Shown: positions 1 through 11,397 of the stretch, one piece after another
Position numbering within the stretch: position 1 is the stretch's first letter
Layout of the letters: every line of letters starts with the position of its first letter
Assembly (NCBI GenBank): GCA_020137815.1
Contig: CM035357.1
Coordinates: forward strand, 62,001 to 126,000
Source: Hormiphora californensis
Lineage: Eukaryota > Animalia > Ctenophora
Direction: 5' to 3'
Length of the DNA stretch: 64,000 nt
Translations under genes and position numbers: made by a program
Notes under the pieces: model-generated
Seen by the model: only the letters and a program-made list of their open reading frames with translations
What the model was told of the DNA's origin: nothing
Database searches by the model: none

Positions 1-257
1 CAGGTCTAGTTGTCTCTCTCTCTCTCTCTCTCTAGTCGTGTGACTGTTTGGGTGTTTGGGGGTTTCAGCACATTCTTGATTGCGCCTCCAACTTTATTTC
101 CTCTGGGCTTGCCAATCTCTCACAGTCAACCCTGGGTGAAGGATTGTTAGTAATGAGAATAGATTGAACTAACTATTAGCAACTATGTTACTGTGTATTG
201 TTATTTGTCATGTTCTAACCAGGCAAACTATGATACTGTCGTGTACTCTTACTTGGA

Positions 258-693
258 CTAACTATTAGCAACTATTTCACACTCATACTTGGAGGGTGCA
301 GTAGAGGGCCTCTCTGGTTTTCTCTTTGTTTGTGCGTTCAGTTCTCGTTGAGAGAAGTGCAGGTACTTGGTGAGAGTAGGATCAGGAGGGAGGGGGGCTG
401 AAACATGTGTTAAATTGTGAAATACTGTGTGATGTACTAGACACCAAATCACTTGACATGTTTCCAATCTGTGAGCTCTCACACCGGGCAGAAGGCCTTG
501 TGTGGGCTCACACAAGTCCGAAAGACAGCCTACGTAGCATGACAACAAATCCCTAGTGGTCTGTCAGTGTCATCCTCTCTTACTTGAGACTGATAGTCGA
601 TTTGGTAGCTCCATGTGGAGTCCACACCTCCCACATTTAGGAACAGCTCCCCAGAGGGCAGAGGTTGGCCGAGATCTCAAACTCTCTGCCATA
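258..693 (-). CDS. Probable 5' exons of an unknown gene running off the left edge
   Basis: tttcag acceptor shortly before ATG GCA GAG (MAESLRSRP...KCGRCGLH); exon-like open segments inside ORF 258..548. Phases could not be reconciled. Confidence 0.35.
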
Positions 694-1519
694 TTAGCAA
701 TACTGAAAGGAAGGGTATTGTTTTCATTGTTCCCACGGCCCTTGTCAGCGCTATGTGGATATCATCATGGTTGCGATGTTTTGCTGCGCGCTACATTACT
801 GCGCGCAATGCTCTACATGCCTGTTCTCGCGTGTTACAAATCATACTGCTTTAGGGCACATTTTCTAGGTTCATTTTAAAATTGAAAGTTCTATATCATA
901 GCACTGGCAAGTGCCCCGGGCTCAAAAGGGGGGTGTGGGGGCACAGCCCCCACCATAAACGGGGGTGTGGGGGCAGAGCCCCCACCTTAGAAATACCCTC
1001 TAACTCAAAAAACAAAAGAGAGAGCACACGCAACACTTCTACACACAAGCGCGTGAAAACCTGCCAGTGCTACTATATACCATTGCAGATTTCGGGGGTT
1101 TTGATGCTTTAAAAAAGCATGTTCCAGATGAAGTAGGGAGCTGAAATTTTGTACTCTGAGTGCCCTCATATAGGAGAAGAGGCATGCAAATTTTCAGAAC
1201 GATCGGATGTAAGGTAAAAATTTGCCAGAGGGGTCCCAAAATGCAAAAATGTAAAGGAGGGGAGGGGGAGGGGGAGGGGGAGGGGGGGAGGACGCTTTTT
1301 TATCTTTGAGTGTTCTCCTAAACCACAAATAGTAGAGACTTGCCGTTTGGAACAGTGGTTCCTTACATCATTGCGCTCGGTAATAGCTGTGTGAGAACTT
1401 CGAAATCGCCATAGTTCATTAATTATTCATTAATTAGTCATTAAATATTCATTTTAACCATGGTTGCGATATGACACGACTCGAAGGTCATAAAGACTTG
1501 AAACCGGTCTTAGACGACG

Positions 1520-2095
1520 CGGAAAGATCGATTTATGGGGGGTCTTACTCGGGACAAAAATCTCTATCTCGCACCGTTAAGCCGTTATTTGCATATTTAT
1601 GCACCTATTCACGATTTTATGCATATTTTCAATATTTTCACTTCAGCTGGTCCTAGAACGTTTTCATGGACATATTTCGACGTAAAATAGTCGATTTATG
1701 GGGGGTCGTCCCCCGGACAAAAAGTCGTATCTCGCACCGTTTAGCCGTTATTTGCATATTTATGCACCGATTCATGATTTTATGCATATTCTAAATATTT
1801 CCAGTTCGGCTGGTCTTAGAACGTTTTCATGGACATATTTCGACGCAAAATAATCGATTTATGGGGGGTCTTACTCGGGACAAAAATCTCTATCTCGCAC
1901 CGTTAAGCCGTTAGTTGCATATTTATGCACCGATTCATGATTTAATGCATATTCTTAATATGTCCACTTCGGCTGGTCCTAGAACGTTTTCATGGACATA
2001 TTCCGGCGCAAAATAGTCGATTTATGGGGGGGTCGTCCCCCTAACAAAAAGTCGTATCTCTCACCGTTTAGTCGTTATTCGTATATTTATGAATT
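1520..2095. repeat. ~163-bp tandem repeat (about 3.5 units, alternating A/B variants), probably internal to a non-autonomous DNA element
   Basis: tcgatttatggggggtc recurs at ~1528, 1690, 1854 and 2017, followed alternately by ttactcgggac or gtcccccc. Confidence 0.8.
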
Positions 2096-2164
2096 ATTCA
2101 AATTCGAAAATATGCAGAAACCAGAAAAAAATAGCTTTTTCTATTTTACACCAAAAAGAACAGA

Positions 2165-2390
2165 AATTAAGTCCAAAAACCAATTAAATAAATTAGTTTG
2201 GATGCCCGGGCCCATGTGGTGTCACGGGGGTAACACCTTTAGGCTACTGTCATAAATGATGGATATCGGGAGAGACAAAGGAAATTAGGATAGAAAGAGT
2301 GCGATATAATCAAGAAAGACGAAGAGATAAATAAGAGGAGAGAGAAAAAAAGAGAGGTATAGTGAAAGAAACAGTGAGAGAGAAAGAGAG

Positions 2391-2460
<70 letters not shown>

Positions 2461-2637
2461 GTGTGCGAGAGAGAGACTGAGAGAGATAGATAGAGATAGA
2501 GAGATTGAAGGATAACAATTAACAATTAACGAGATATGCCGTTAATTATGGCAGTAGCCTAAAGGTGTTACCCCCCGTGACACCACATGGGCCCGGGCAT
2601 CCAAACTAATTTATTTAATTGGTTTTTGGACTTAATT
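2165..2637. repeat. ~91-bp inverted repeat pair bracketing a (GA)n microsatellite
   Basis: 2165-2255 is the near-perfect reverse complement of 2546-2637; (GA)n lies at ~2340-2505. Confidence 0.85.
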
Positions 2638-2977
2638 CTTTAATTATTCTTGTGATGTTACACTCCTTTTCATCTTACTTTCACTCTTGAGTCCTGCTAA
2701 TGCTAGGGCAGCTCTAATTGGACCATCAAGCATCAATATTTAGGAAACTAAAAGCTGCTGGCAATGCAACTTGTAGCAACAGTGCTGCAGATTTGCATGT
2801 CATGAATCATCACTCATCAAGTGAGTTATTTAAATTTATTTACTCGGTGATTACTCAGTGATTACTCGGTGATAAATTATTACATAATCCAGCGATGTAG
2901 TCATTTTATGATGCTGCTGTATTGACGTGATGTCTTGCAGAATTGTGTGCTTGAAGAAGGAGTGCGAGATCGAGAGG

Positions 2978-3070
<93 letters not shown>

Positions 3071-3240
3071 GAGAAGGGGACGAGGAGATGCCTGGCGATA
3101 AAAAGGGAGGGGAGAAGGGGGGGGAGTGGAAAGATTGGAATTTAAAGCCCCCCCCTTTTGGGGGGCCCCCCGGAAGTTTCGGGGGCCGCCGGGGGGGTTT
3201 TTTTCCCCCCTCGGGTTTGTTTAAAAGGGGGGAAGAGAGA

Positions 3241-3280
<40 letters not shown>

Positions 3281-3978
3281 ATGGTGTGTGTTTATTGTCA
3301 CCGCATGCAAGCTGTGCTTGACACACGATCGTGCATTCAAAGTTACAGTTCTGGACACACAAATAAACACAGTGTGCTATCGTTAGTAGCAATTTAAGGG
3401 GCCAACCATGTGCATTAAAACATTTAATGAAAAAATCTTGGCTACAAAGTTAATTGGGCGGAATTTTATTAAATTTGAATACATCTAAATATTATTCTAT
3501 ATTTAAATCATCTCATTCCCTAACCTATTGTAAAGCAGCCATCAATTAACATCTTCTAATAACCTACTGTTGGTTAAAGAAGGTGGGTCCCTCGATTTGG
3601 TCCAGTTGGTCGGGGGAGTTGGGTAGTTCAGTGGGTAGAGAGTTCCCGTATCCGTCCAACAAAACCTCGCCTGGAAACAATGATAGAATCAATGAAGGAG
3701 AGAAGTAGTAGGGAGAAGGCCGAAGGGAGAAGGGGGAATGAAGTGATGTGCCTGGAGACAATGATAGAATCAATGAAGGAGAGAAGTGGTAGGGAGAAGG
3801 GGGAATGAAGTGATATTATGATTCTTCTACTCCAAGTGCCTGGCAAATCCATACTATGCACAGAAAGCGGTATGATCGGCACTGGGTATGACACCCCCCT
3901 AGGCCCTACCACCAAGTACTACCATCAGGCAGGTTCGTCTGAACCAACTAAAGGTGTGCTTCCCTCAAGGGTTATAAG

Positions 3979-6900
3979 TTAAGTCCGGTATATCTTCCTA
4001 TTGACTTCATGAGCTAGATGACAATACAGCTGTAGTAATGAACGCTATAGTATTATCTGATTAGACTAAGGTGTGGACTGTGGTGATATGCATGTTGCAA
4101 TTTGTAACAGACACAAACAGAAACACATGCAAACAGACAGACAAACAGACAAACAGACAAACACACAGTAGACACAAAAACAGACTCACGCACAAACACA
4201 AACCGACTATATTATGCCACTGTGCAACATACCGAAAGCCACGTTTTTGATTCTTGCTACCAGTTTCGTCATACAGTGAGCCCGGTGATCAAAGGCGAAC
4301 ACACAAGAACTCTGGAGCTCTTTCTCAAACCAGTCAACTAATAACACCTATAAAGGAGGGGGTGTTAGGCGAATACACAGGAACTCTGGAGCTCTTTCTC
4401 AAACCAGTCAACTAATAACACCTATTAGGAGGGGGTGTTAGGCGAATACACAGGAACTCTGGAGCTCTTTCTCAAACCAGTCAACTAATAACACCTGTAA
4501 TTAGGAGGGGGTGTTAGGCGAATACACAGGAACTCTGGAGCTCTTTCTCGAACCAGTCAACTAATAACACCTATTAGGAGGGGGTGTTAGGCGAATACAC
4601 AGGAACTCTGGAGCTCTTTCTCAAACCAGTCAACTAATAACACCTATTAGGAGGGGGTGTTAGGCGAATACACAGGAACTCTGGAGCTCTTTCTCAAACC
4701 AGTCAACTAATAACACCTATAATTAGGAGGGGGTGTTATTAGGAGGGGGTGTTAGGAGCTGTAATGGGGGGGTGGCGGCCAACATCGGCCTGAATATAAA
4801 TAGGCGTAGACACTTAACAATGATAAAAACTGTAATAAATTAAATATAAAATGAGTCTATTGCCCCACTTGATATAGCTGCTCGTCCCTGTTGCCCTCGC
4901 CCCTCAATCTACCCCGATGCCCCCTGATGGAAACAGTTATTGATCGCACCATGGCGAAAGATAGCCTGAGTCGAAGATAACGGATGCATTGATCGTAGGT
5001 GTATCCCGTTTTCTTAGCTTTCTTATCGGCTAGCTGTTTCAGTGTCTTTTTGAATTCCCGACCGAGACCCCCCGTCGTGGACATTACCAGAGGTGTAAAT
5101 GAAGATTTTTCCACTTCAATGACCCGATGAAGGTAGCCAGTCTTTTTCTCCCTCTCATGTTTTTCATACACTTTAGAGACTGCCTGGTTAGAGTTGGATG
5201 CCACCCTAGGATTAAATACCCTCACATCAAAATAGGTGTTATCCATGCTAGACCAGAAATCACGTGTACTGATATCTAGGCGAGCTCCATCCGCCGTAAT
5301 AGTTCCCTCTGGGAGACTCATTCCTCGTACATTTAGCAGATGGGGTTCAACTTTCGTGTCATGACACACATTACTGAACTCACTTGCAATGAAGTCTCTC
5401 ACGTTGTTGTGGCGAAAGCATACAAAACCGCCGATCTTACATGAGATTGAGTGATCGATACTATTTTCCTCTCCACACACGCAGTTGGTAGGCAGTGCTT
5501 CTCCTGTCAGCGGCAGGTTGTATCGTGCAGACAGAGCATCATGCCACTCTTGTCTGTTCAGGGTAAAGTTTAATGCTTGGAGGGGAAGACAAGTAAGCCA
5601 AGAAGATGCACCTTTCTCAGACAGGAGATCAAGGTTCCTGCTTTCGGTGCTAGTCATTTTGCTTCGAATCTCCTCAATTTTCTGATGATGAATGTCATTT
5701 TTGGTACGGCGAATGATTGATGATTTCTCAGTTTGTTGGTTTTTGTCAACCTGAAATGTTTCGTGTTGGCCAAGAACCGCTGCAGACAAGTCTTCTGTGA
5801 TGAACTTAGAAAAGCTGTACTCCGAATCCGCTGATAGTTCTGGGTTATCAATTCCCAGTCCTCCAAATCTAACAGGGAGGGATGCGACTGATCTCAAGGT
5901 GTCGCTGATAACATGTTGGCCAGTTAGTACAGGGAGAAGTTTTTGGTGGATGGTTTTCTCGATGACTCCAAGTTGTTGGGATATTCCTGGAGTTGTTCTC
6001 ATGAGGTAGCTCCACCTTTTCGAGATCCCGATGGTGTATGCACTATAGGCTAGCTGTGGTTCGTTTACTGCAATTTCACAGAGTTGACTGATTTCCTCGT
6101 TCCATTTTGCAACCTCGTTCTGAACAAATTCCCTCTGGCTCTCCTCTGTTCCGATGTATGATCCTAGGTAGCGTTGGCCGTCTGTGGTGATGTTAGGAGC
6201 TGTAATTGGGGGATAATTAGAGTGAAATCTGGTGATAGGGCAACAGATCAATAATTATAACATAGTTCACAGTGTCATTATAGCTGCCTCTCTCCATTAT
6301 AGTTATCATGATATACCTGTTTCAAAGGAACACTCTGCTTCCCTGACTTGATCCTATCAATAGATTTGTTAACTCCCCTGTTTTCGTCTCTCTGCAGCAG
6401 TGTGTGTAATTTGATACCATGCATTCAGTTACCAAGGTAACGACACACTAGAAAATATCCCAATATCCCATAGAGTTTAGTTTCTATAGTTACCCAACAT
6501 AAAACAAAACTGCTGATATTATTTCCATATCCAGCAGCTCCAACAGGTCAATATTACATATGTAGACCCTAGCTGTTATGATAAACCTACATTAGAGAGA
6601 TAGGTAGGTCCTACCAGCTACCTATCTCTCTCTCTCTAATGTAGGAGGAAACGTACCCACTACCCCTCTTGGTTTGGTACTATCATCTACTTACCCCTCT
6701 TGGTTTGGTGCTGTCATCCACAAAGAGAACGGGAGAGGTATCAGCTATATCAGCCAGTGCAGTCACTGGTCTTGATAGAGTGATGGGGATGGTATCACCG
6801 ATAATTGATTCTGGCAGATCAGTTCCTTCAGGTTCTCTAACTAACACCACAGGAACATGGCTTCCTATTGCTGTCCTCAACTAGAGAGAGAGAGAGAGAG

Positions 6901-9900
6901 AGGGAGGGTGGAGGGTGGAGGGGGTGGAGGGGGAGGGGAGGGGTGGTGGGAAGGGGGAGGTAGGGGTGGTGGGAAGGGGGTGGAGGGGGTGGAGGGGAGG
7001 GGAGGGGGGAGGGAGGGTGGTGGGGTGGGGAGGGTTCCTTCAGGTTCTCTTACTAACACCACAGGAACATGGCTTCCTATTGCCGTCCTCAACTAGTCGA
7101 GAGAGGGTAGGGTGGAGGGGAGGGTGGATGGAGGGGTGGAGGAGGGAGGGGGTGGAGGGTGGTGGGAAGGGGGTGGAGGGGAGGGAGGGTTCCTTCAGGT
7201 TCCCTTACTAACACCACAGGAACATGGCTTCCTATTGCCGTCCTCAACTAGAGGGGGAGGGTGGAGGGGAGGGTGGAGGGAGATGGGTGGAGGGGAGGGA
7301 GAGGGGGAGGGGGTGTGGAGGGGAGGGTTCCTTCAGGTTCTCTTACTAACACCACAGGCACATGGCTTCCTATTGCCGTCCTCAACTAGTCGAGAGAATG
7401 AGGGGGAGGGAGGGGGAGGGGTGGTGGGGAGGGTGGTGGGTAGGGGAGGGTTCCTTCAGGTTCCCTTACTAACACCACAGGAACATGGCTTCCTATTGCT
7501 GTCCTCAACTAGAGAGAGGGGAGGGTGGAGGGGGTGGAGGGGAGGGAGAGGGGTGGAGGGGTTGGGGGAGGGTGGAGGGGAGGGAGGGAGGGGAGGGTGG
7601 AGGGGAGGGAGGGTGGAGGGGAGGGGGAGGGGAGGGAGGGGTGGTGGGAAGGGGGAGGGTGGTGGGGAGGGGGAGGGTGGAGTGGAGGGGAGGGTGGAGT
7701 GGAGGGGGTGGAGCAGGGAGGGGGTGGAGGGGTTGGGGGAGGGTGGAGGGGAGGGGAGGGTTCCTTCAGGTTCTCTAACTAACACCACAGGCACGTGACT
7801 TCCTATTGCCGTCCTCAGCTAGGTAGAGAGAGGGTAGGTAGAGGGAGGGGGAGGGGAGGGGGTGGAGGGGAGGGGGAGGGAGGGTGTAGGGTGTGGAGGG
7901 GAGGGTTCTTTCAGGTTCTCTTACTAACACCACAGGAACATGGCTTCCTATTGCCGTCCTCAACTAGAGAGAGGGTAGGGTGGAGGGGAGGGTGGAGGGA
8001 AGGGGGGGGTGGAGGGGGAGGGAGGGGAGGGAGAGGGGTGGAGGGGAGGGGGATGGAGGGTGGTGGGGAGGGGAGGGTGGTGGGGAGGGTTCCTTCAGGT
8101 TCACGTACTAACACCACAGGCACGTGAGGGGGAGGGTGGAGGGGAGGCTTGGGAGAGAGTGAGGGTAGGGAGAGGGAGGGGAGCCTAGGAGAAAGAGATG
8201 GGACTAAATTGGGGAGAAAGAGAGATGGAGGAGAGTTTACTATTATTCAACATGGTACCTGATGTAGGCAGAAGGGGTCGTTGAGAGAAGTTTCAGACAC
8301 CACAAACACCATAACTGTGCAGCTGCTGACCAATCCTTCCTCAGAGGAGAAACCTGAAGGTAAACCAACTGATGTAATTTATTACCATTCTAATCCGGTT
8401 TAGCAATTTGCCCATAATTCCACCTAGTTCTACGTCCTATTAAATTTCTGGTAACCATGACTGTTGTGTTGTTCAAACCCTTTTTTGGTGAGACAGGGTC
8501 GACCAAAGTAACTGTACCTGGATGGCGTGGTAAGGGAGGATCGGTTTGAACTCTAAAGTGTTGTGCCAGTTCTCTCGCTATAAAATCTGTGTTTGTCCAC
8601 TGAGTCTCACATATCTCACCAGACACATAAATATCTATCTTCTCTGAAATGAAGAGGCTAATATGAGTCAAATGAATTATCTAATGAGATAAATAAATTA
8701 TCTAGTAAGATAAATAAATTATCTAGTAAGATAAATGAATTATCTAGTGAGTTAAATGAATTAACAAGGTCTTATTCACACCATACATGTTAGTGTTTGT
8801 TTTACAGCTCTCACGACCTCTCAATTGTAACAAAAGAATAGCGCTTTAGTCCATTGTATGGTCGTGAGGTGAGAGTTAAGTCCATTGTGTGGCGCCATAA
8901 ATAAATTAACAATGTCAGAGCATTGGTCCCACAGAACAATATAGTGAAGGAAAACAAAAAGGGACTGCTCCAAAGGGTCTACACTTTACAGCTCCCACCC
9001 CCACTAATTGTTTTGAGTTTTCTCATTGGTTTTGTTCCCTTCGGTCCTGAAATGAAGACTTTCTTCCTACTCGCGTGAGTTCTAGACGCAAACCTTTCAA
9101 AAACAAGTTTCCACATTAGACACACCTAGTAGCTACGATTACAACTGACCTGTAACCAGAAACCACTAACTAACCAGTAACCACTTCTTCATGTCTTCAG
9201 TTGTGTGATAATTAACCACCTCGACACCTCTTTTAGTTGTGTCATTACAACTAACCATCTTTTTATTTTCAGTTGTGTGTTACAACTAACCATCTATCCA
9301 TCTATTCAGTTGTGTGATTGGCCTGGTGCATTGTCAGGGTGAGACACCCTGTGGAGACACCCACGAACAGGAAACATGTGAGGTAATAACATCAACATCA
9401 TGATCCCGTTTAGAACCAGCTTAATAACTTTATGACTTCCTGTTTTTATAAATTCAAGCAACCTAAAATACCTAAAGTGTCTCCCATGTTACCCCCTCTT
9501 ATTATCCTCCAGTACCTGCAAGCTACATATGATCTCTGTTCGCCTGGTTCCCTGCTATACTCTGACATGGTCAGTGGATGCAGGCTGACTTGTGGGAGGT
9601 GTGGCGATGGAACTGATGAGAAAGAGGGTGAGGAGAGTGATAACAACACGGATGATAACAAACAGGTAACACGGTGTAACCATAGCAACACAGTAACCAC
9701 TTCAGTTACCATGTCAACTAGTCACAACTTCAGTTACCATGCCACCATGGCAACTAGTAACAACTTAAGTAACCATAGCAACACTGTTTCAGAATGATGA
9801 CTCTACCTGTGAAGACATGTTATCCAGTGCGGACCACCCAGACGCTAGTGCTAACTGCAAACAATTCAGCCACCTTTGTAACCAAAGGAACGAGTTTGGA

Positions 9901-11348
9901 GAGCGAGTTACTGCCCAGTGCCCCGTCACTTGTGGAACTTGTGGATTCAACGACGACACTGGTTAGTTACCATAGTTACCATAGTAACCACTGTAACTGG
10001 TTAGTTTCCTGCATGCTTTTGCTTTTCAACACAAGTTGTTTTTATAATGAACTCAACTGATACACGTCTAGTTATTTAAATTCAACCCGTTTCAGTTTGT
10101 GAAGACATCTTGTCGAATGCGAAGAACCCTAACGCGACACTGAACTGTGAGACCTTCTCCAGCTACTGTGAGGGAGACGGCAACATTGCGGGTCGAGTTC
10201 AGGCTGAGTGCCCCAAAACATGCGGATTCTGCAGTTAATTAGTTAATTAATTAATTAATTAGTTAATTAATAAGTTAATTACCTGGTGTTAGTAGGGAGT
10301 AAGTAGAGCGTTCTCTCCGAGCATGGGGAGACTCCAGAATTCTAGAAACTGCTTTCTCTTGCTCAGTATTTACCCTGTTCTGAAGTTGTGAAAGTGTTAA
10401 TGATATACTGTTAACTACTGTTAATTACTGTCAGTTACTGTTAATGATACACTGTGAAGAAGTTGTTTTACTTGGTACTACCTCGCTACCAGGCTGCAAA
10501 GTTAATCAATTGGTAATGTAACATGGTATAAAGCCAATGTAAACTACCTGGTAGTGGTCAGTGAGGAACAAGTTCAGATACTTCAGTTCTTCATCACTTG
10601 TATTGTTGTGTTACCTGGTAGTGGTCAGTGAGGAACAAGTTCAGATACTTCAGTTCCTCATCCTGAATCAAGTTGGGAAACTGCTCCAGCAGGCTAACAA
10701 ACTTCCTCAATACAGTGTCATGTCTGCCCATCCACTTTAGAGCCCCATCATATGTGTGGGGTAGTTCAGCCTGGTTGGCAGTGTACCGAGGTGATCGTGT
10801 GAGACTTGCTGAGCCGCAGCGAGATGGAAACTTAAAGTGAGAGTGGACCGAATCAGAATTGGACAAGTTTGTTGTAGGTAGTAGAGATTAGCTTTCTGAG
10901 CATTTTGCATTTTTGCCGCTCAAAATCGACCCACCCATCACTGAGATATTTTTGTTATGTTGGGAGAACTCCTGTTTAATCAGTATGTATAAAACAGAAT
11001 AGAAACATTCATGGCGTTTTACTAACACATTCTGAATATAAGCAGTGAGGTTGACATGACCATGCACAGACGCAGGGCAATGCAAGCCAGCATATCAAAA
11101 ATTTAAAGAATGTGTTAGTAAAACACAAGGATTGTTTCTATCCTGTTTGATAAATACTGATCCAGCAGGAATTCTCCCAACATAACAAAAATATCTCAGT
11201 GATGGGTGGGTCGATTTTGAGCGGCAAAAACGCAAAATACTCAGAAAGCTAATCTCTACTACCTACTACAAAATTGTCAAATTCTGATTCGGTCCACTCT
11301 CACTTTAACGACAGGACCTCCATTTCGAATGTTGTCCAACTGTGTCAT
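3979..11348 (-). CDS. TIR-domain protein (TIR_2/SARM-like), ~329 aa, 9 coding exons
   Basis: Exons 11348-11304, 10830-10615, 10379-10283, 8643-8518, 8353-8259, 6880-6695, 6391-6317, 4347-4233, 4013-3979; all GT-AG and phase-consistent (990 nt). TIR pattern: KIDIYVS...EEGLVSSCTVMVFVVSETSLNDPFCLHQLRTAIGSHVPVVLVR...CMTKLVARIK. The last exon is the least certain. Confidence 0.8.
4294..4755 (-). repeat. 73-bp tandem repeat made of the 3' splice site plus the first ~55 nt of the exon starting at 4347
   Basis: Five extra copies of cctcctaatag|gtgttattagttgactggtttgagaaagagctccagag lie upstream of the true exon. Confidence 0.9.
4766..6190 (-). mobile_element. 5'-truncated non-LTR retrotransposon, restriction-like endonuclease type (CRE-clade-like)
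   Basis: ORF 4857..6251 has the RT-end motif RYLGSYIG, a CCHC knuckle (CVCG...DHSISC), RHN, and RLE motifs (ARLDI...YFDVRVFNP...EREKK..Y, FTPLVMSTTGGLG). TSD tgttaggagctgtaat at 4750-4765 and 6191-6206. Confidence 0.9.
6822..8127 (-). repeat. Array of acceptor plus exon-start copies (exon 6880) separated by variable G-run spacers
   Basis: The ~60-nt unit ttccttcaggttct...gtcctcaactag recurs at ~7035, 7190, 7328, 7451, 7761, 7907 and 8089 (partial) besides the true copy. Confidence 0.9.
9052..10238 (+). CDS. Secreted protein with three ShKT domains, nested antisense in the TIR gene intron
   Basis: Five phase-consistent exons (9052-9074, 9310-9381, ~9513-9665, 9793-9961, ~10097-10238). Signal peptide MKTFFLLACVIGLVHCQG; three C-x-D...C...C...C-x2-TC-x2-C units (CRLTCGRC, CPVTCGTC, CPKTCGFC). 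Confidence 0.9.
10836..11304. mobile_element. Palindromic MITE with TTAA TSD and AG...CT termini (Kolobok-like); putative Introner
   Basis: TTAA at 10832-10835 and 11305-11308; termini agtgagagtggaccgaatcagaat / attctgattcggtccactctcact; the arms pair over almost the whole 469 bp. Confidence 0.9.
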
Positions 11349-11397
11349 GGTATCAGCTGTTATTGTGAGATAGCAAGTTAGTTTTTGAGTGTGTTAA

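Noticed and set aside
3564-3978. Extension of the TIR gene by stop-codon readthrough
   Set aside because: Three different in-frame stops and no supporting motif; 3' UTR or a separate unresolved exon is simpler.
4294-4755. CRISPR-like array or spliced-leader RNA gene array next to a CRE-like element
   Set aside because: No unique spacers or cas genes; the unit is a copy of the adjacent coding exon junction.
6191-6251. N-terminus of the 464-aa ORF as a real start
   Set aside because: It lies in or beyond the TSD, so it is host intron read in frame with a truncated element.
6822-8127. Repeat-spacer pattern resembling CRISPR
   Set aside because: The repeat is exon-derived, the spacers are low-complexity G-runs, and the context is a eukaryotic intron.
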